Positions 61,558 to 64,000 of a stretch of 64,000 bases of DNA are shown piece by piece. The DNA is from Utricularia gibba (taxonomy: Eukaryota > Plantae > Magnoliophyta), in contig NEEC01000029.1 of NCBI GenBank assembly GCA_002189035.1, forward strand, positions 310,001 to 374,000, read 5' to 3'. The translations under genes were made by a program, and so were the position numbers. Position 1 is the stretch's first letter. Every line of letters begins with the position of its first letter. The notes under the pieces were generated by a model, which saw only the letters and a program-made list of their open reading frames with translations, ran no database searches and had not been told where the DNA came from.

Positions 61558-63953
61558 ATGGCTGTGGTGGAAAATAGTGCGGTGCACACGATGCCATCAT
61601 CGCATCGGGATTCGCAGCATACCGATGTCGTTGGGGATCAGCAACGTCACCAGCAGTCGGTTAAACCAGGGGGTGCCAACATCCAAGAGTCAACTAAGCT
61701 TGAGGACCAAAATTACGAATTGTTGCACCAGAAGATGTCAAATGGCCACCATCAAATTCAGAAGCAGGCGTTTTCTGGGAATGGGATTCCACAAGAGAAA
61801 CCAATCGATGGTGATGATGATGTGTCTGAGGGTTACAACAGGGAGATGAGGGATTTGGAGGAAATGCTCTCGAAATTGAATCCGATGGCGGCGGAATTTG
61901 TCCCTCCCTCCCTTGCCGCCTTCGGTGGCGTTGGGGGTGGTCTCCAAAGGCTCCTAGTAACTCCACCAGCTGTACCTGCCTCTGTGGCTGGAGTAGTAGC
62001 AGGACATTTTGGGTATAATGCTAATGGATTTGTGGTGCAGCAACCGGTCAACTCTGGTGTTTCAATTGAGAATACTTTTGGAAGGGTAGGTATTCTACTT
62101 GGAAGCTTGCCTTCTTGAATCATATCATGACTTCGTATACTGCGCTTTTGGAATTTTGTTTCCGTGTTTTAATGTGAAGCATGATTCAAGAGTTTCATCT
62201 CTGGCACCATTGAATGAATAAGCTGCCTGTTCAAAAGTAAATCGCTTTCTTTGCCGAATCTGAAACTGAATCACTTCCCAACACTAGCAAAGTCATTTGC
62301 TGCTCTTTCCATTTCTTTTTGGTGTGTATTTATCTGTTTTTCTTCATTATATTCAGAAGAAGAATGGGTATGCGCATGGAAAAAGGCGGATGAATAGCAG
62401 AACGAGCATGGCTCAAAGAGAAGAGGTGATTAGGAGGACTGTTTATGTTTCTGACATCGATCACCAGGTAAACAGAGTTAACTTTTATGTGATTTGTGTT
62501 AACTCATTCTTTTATGTCCTCATGCTTCCCACGGGTTGTGCTTGAGATAATGTATGAAAGTGAGAGTGCGTGAGCTAATGAGAGTCAATCTTTCGGTTCT
62601 TAAACGAACATACAAGTGTCTTTGTGCACTTCACTAAGCAACAAAGTGTCAAGTGTTATACTTTATTTTAGGGATTTTTTTTTTTTTTTTTGAGATTTTG
62701 AGAGGTGTTAGTGAGTTAATGGAAAACAGAACACCATCATTCACATTTATTATGTTTTTTTCAAAGTAGGTTACCGAAGAGCAACTTGCTGCACTCTTCA
62801 TCAATTGCGGACAGGTGATTATTCTTAAACTTGGACATCTAACACAACATTTGCATGTGATATTCTTGGTATAATGTGATGAAGGTTGTGGATTGTCGTG
62901 TTTGTGGTGATCCAAACTCGGTACTTCGTTTTGCCTTCATTGAATTCACTGATGAAGGTATGCCTGTGTCAGATTATCATTGTGGTCAAAATTACATGGC
63001 TTGTCCTATTTCAATCTGTCCCATTCTATACTTGCAGAAGGGGCGAGGAATGCTTTGAGTTTGGCTGGAACTATGCTTGGATTCTACCCTGTCAGAGTCT
63101 TGCCATCGAAGACTGCAATTGCACCTGTTAATCCTACGTTTTTACCAAGGGTGAGTTAGAATCTGCCCCACCACATTTGATCAATCCTTCCATTGCTAAT
63201 AATCGATAGACCTTCTTTGTCTTCAGTCCGAGGATGAAAGGGAGATGTGCGCGAGAACAATATACTGTACTAACATCGACAAAAAGGTAGCATCTTTTTG
63301 TATTTCCTTTTATGTTTAGAAACTTGATGCATCATTTCTTGAATGCGTGAATTGCAGGTCAGTCAAGCAGATGTCAAACTCTTTTTTGAATCAATATGTG
63401 GAGAGGTTTGTTCTTCCTCACTCATGTCCTAAAGTCTCAACATTGAGTCACCCACTGAGATCTTGACTCTAAACATGCCTATCCAGGTGCATCGCTTGAG
63501 GTTGCTGGGTGATTATCATCATTCAACTCGCATAGCGTTTGTGGAGTTTGTTATGGTAAGCATGACCTTTGATTTTCATGTGACTATGTTGCTGGCTTTA
63601 TTGCATAAGTGGATATTTGGGGGACCGATTCTGCCTTAGAGCTCGTGTAGAAGGTTCCTTTTTGTGATGGAGACAAAGCACTGCGCGATTCTGTTACCCT
63701 TTCTAAATAAGCCTGCCTATATGAATTTCTGCTTAAATGAACGAAATTGATCAGGCTGAGAGTGCGATAGCCGCGCTGAACTGCAGCGGTGCAATTTTAG
63801 GATCACTGCCCATAAGGTTATTTCCTGGACACTCTGGTTTATCTTTGTGTTGGTGGTTGATTGATTCTCTGCTCAGATGTAAGTTGTGTTTTCATCAGGG
63901 TGAGCCCATCAAAGACACCGGTTCGGCCACGAACTGCACGTCCGCTGCGCTGA
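61558..63953 (+). CDS. CID: CTC-interacting domain protein (PAM2 + two RRMs; CID11/12-like PABP-interacting protein)
   Basis: LSKLNPMAAEFVP (PAM2); RRTVYVSDIDHQVTEEQLAALF; CRVCGDPNSVLRFAFIEFTDE; PVRVLPSKTAIAPVNPTFLPR; CARTIYCTNIDKK; LLGDYHHSTRIAFVEF; VSPSKTPVRPR. Confidence 0.94.
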
Positions 63954-64000
63954 GGTGTCTGTCTGTCTGCCTGGTTGGATTGTGAGGTGTGAGCCCAGTG

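Noticed and set aside
1-64000. rRNA, tRNA, CRISPR arrays, LTR retrotransposons or transposase genes
   Set aside because: I saw no cloverleaf or rRNA-like sequence, no spacer-repeat array and no gag/pol or transposase motifs. The sequence is eukaryotic and almost fully explained by spliced genes.

Overview
Gene-dense plant (eudicot) nuclear DNA with short introns and short intergenic spacers; the species cannot be determined from sequence alone. I can support about 24 intron-containing or single-exon genes. In order: a partial secreted protein, a GDSL lipase-like gene, a DUF3531 gene, eIF2A, SPPL protease, an SGNH esterase, kinesin-12, a CIB-type bHLH, RPS15, two OMA1-like M48 peptidases, a Twinkle-type primase-only gene, a Gly/Cys-rich secreted peptide, a GLTSCR/BRIP protein, a BPA1-like RRM protein, a small basic protein, ERD2, a PWWP protein, ALMT, ATG13, a small Cys/His-rich protein, a stomatin-like protein, a Nudix-like protein, a PRR5/9-type clock gene and a CID (PAM2+RRM) gene. 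The most unusual part is 24.1-33.8 kb: a rearranged mosaic of duplicated primase and OMA1-like segments, PPR and SEC (O-GlcNAc transferase) fragments with introns, an orphan ORF and a MITE-like insert. Other highlights are a GDSL gene lacking the catalytic Ser, a stomatin exon ghost expanded by two microsatellites, and a PAM2-only CID duplicate. About 16 frameshifts, almost all one base short in homopolymer runs, break otherwise intact genes. These are most likely long-read consensus errors, so those genes are called CDS rather than pseudogenes. No rRNA, tRNA, CRISPR array or autonomous transposon was found. Exon boundaries were read by eye and may be off by a few bases.
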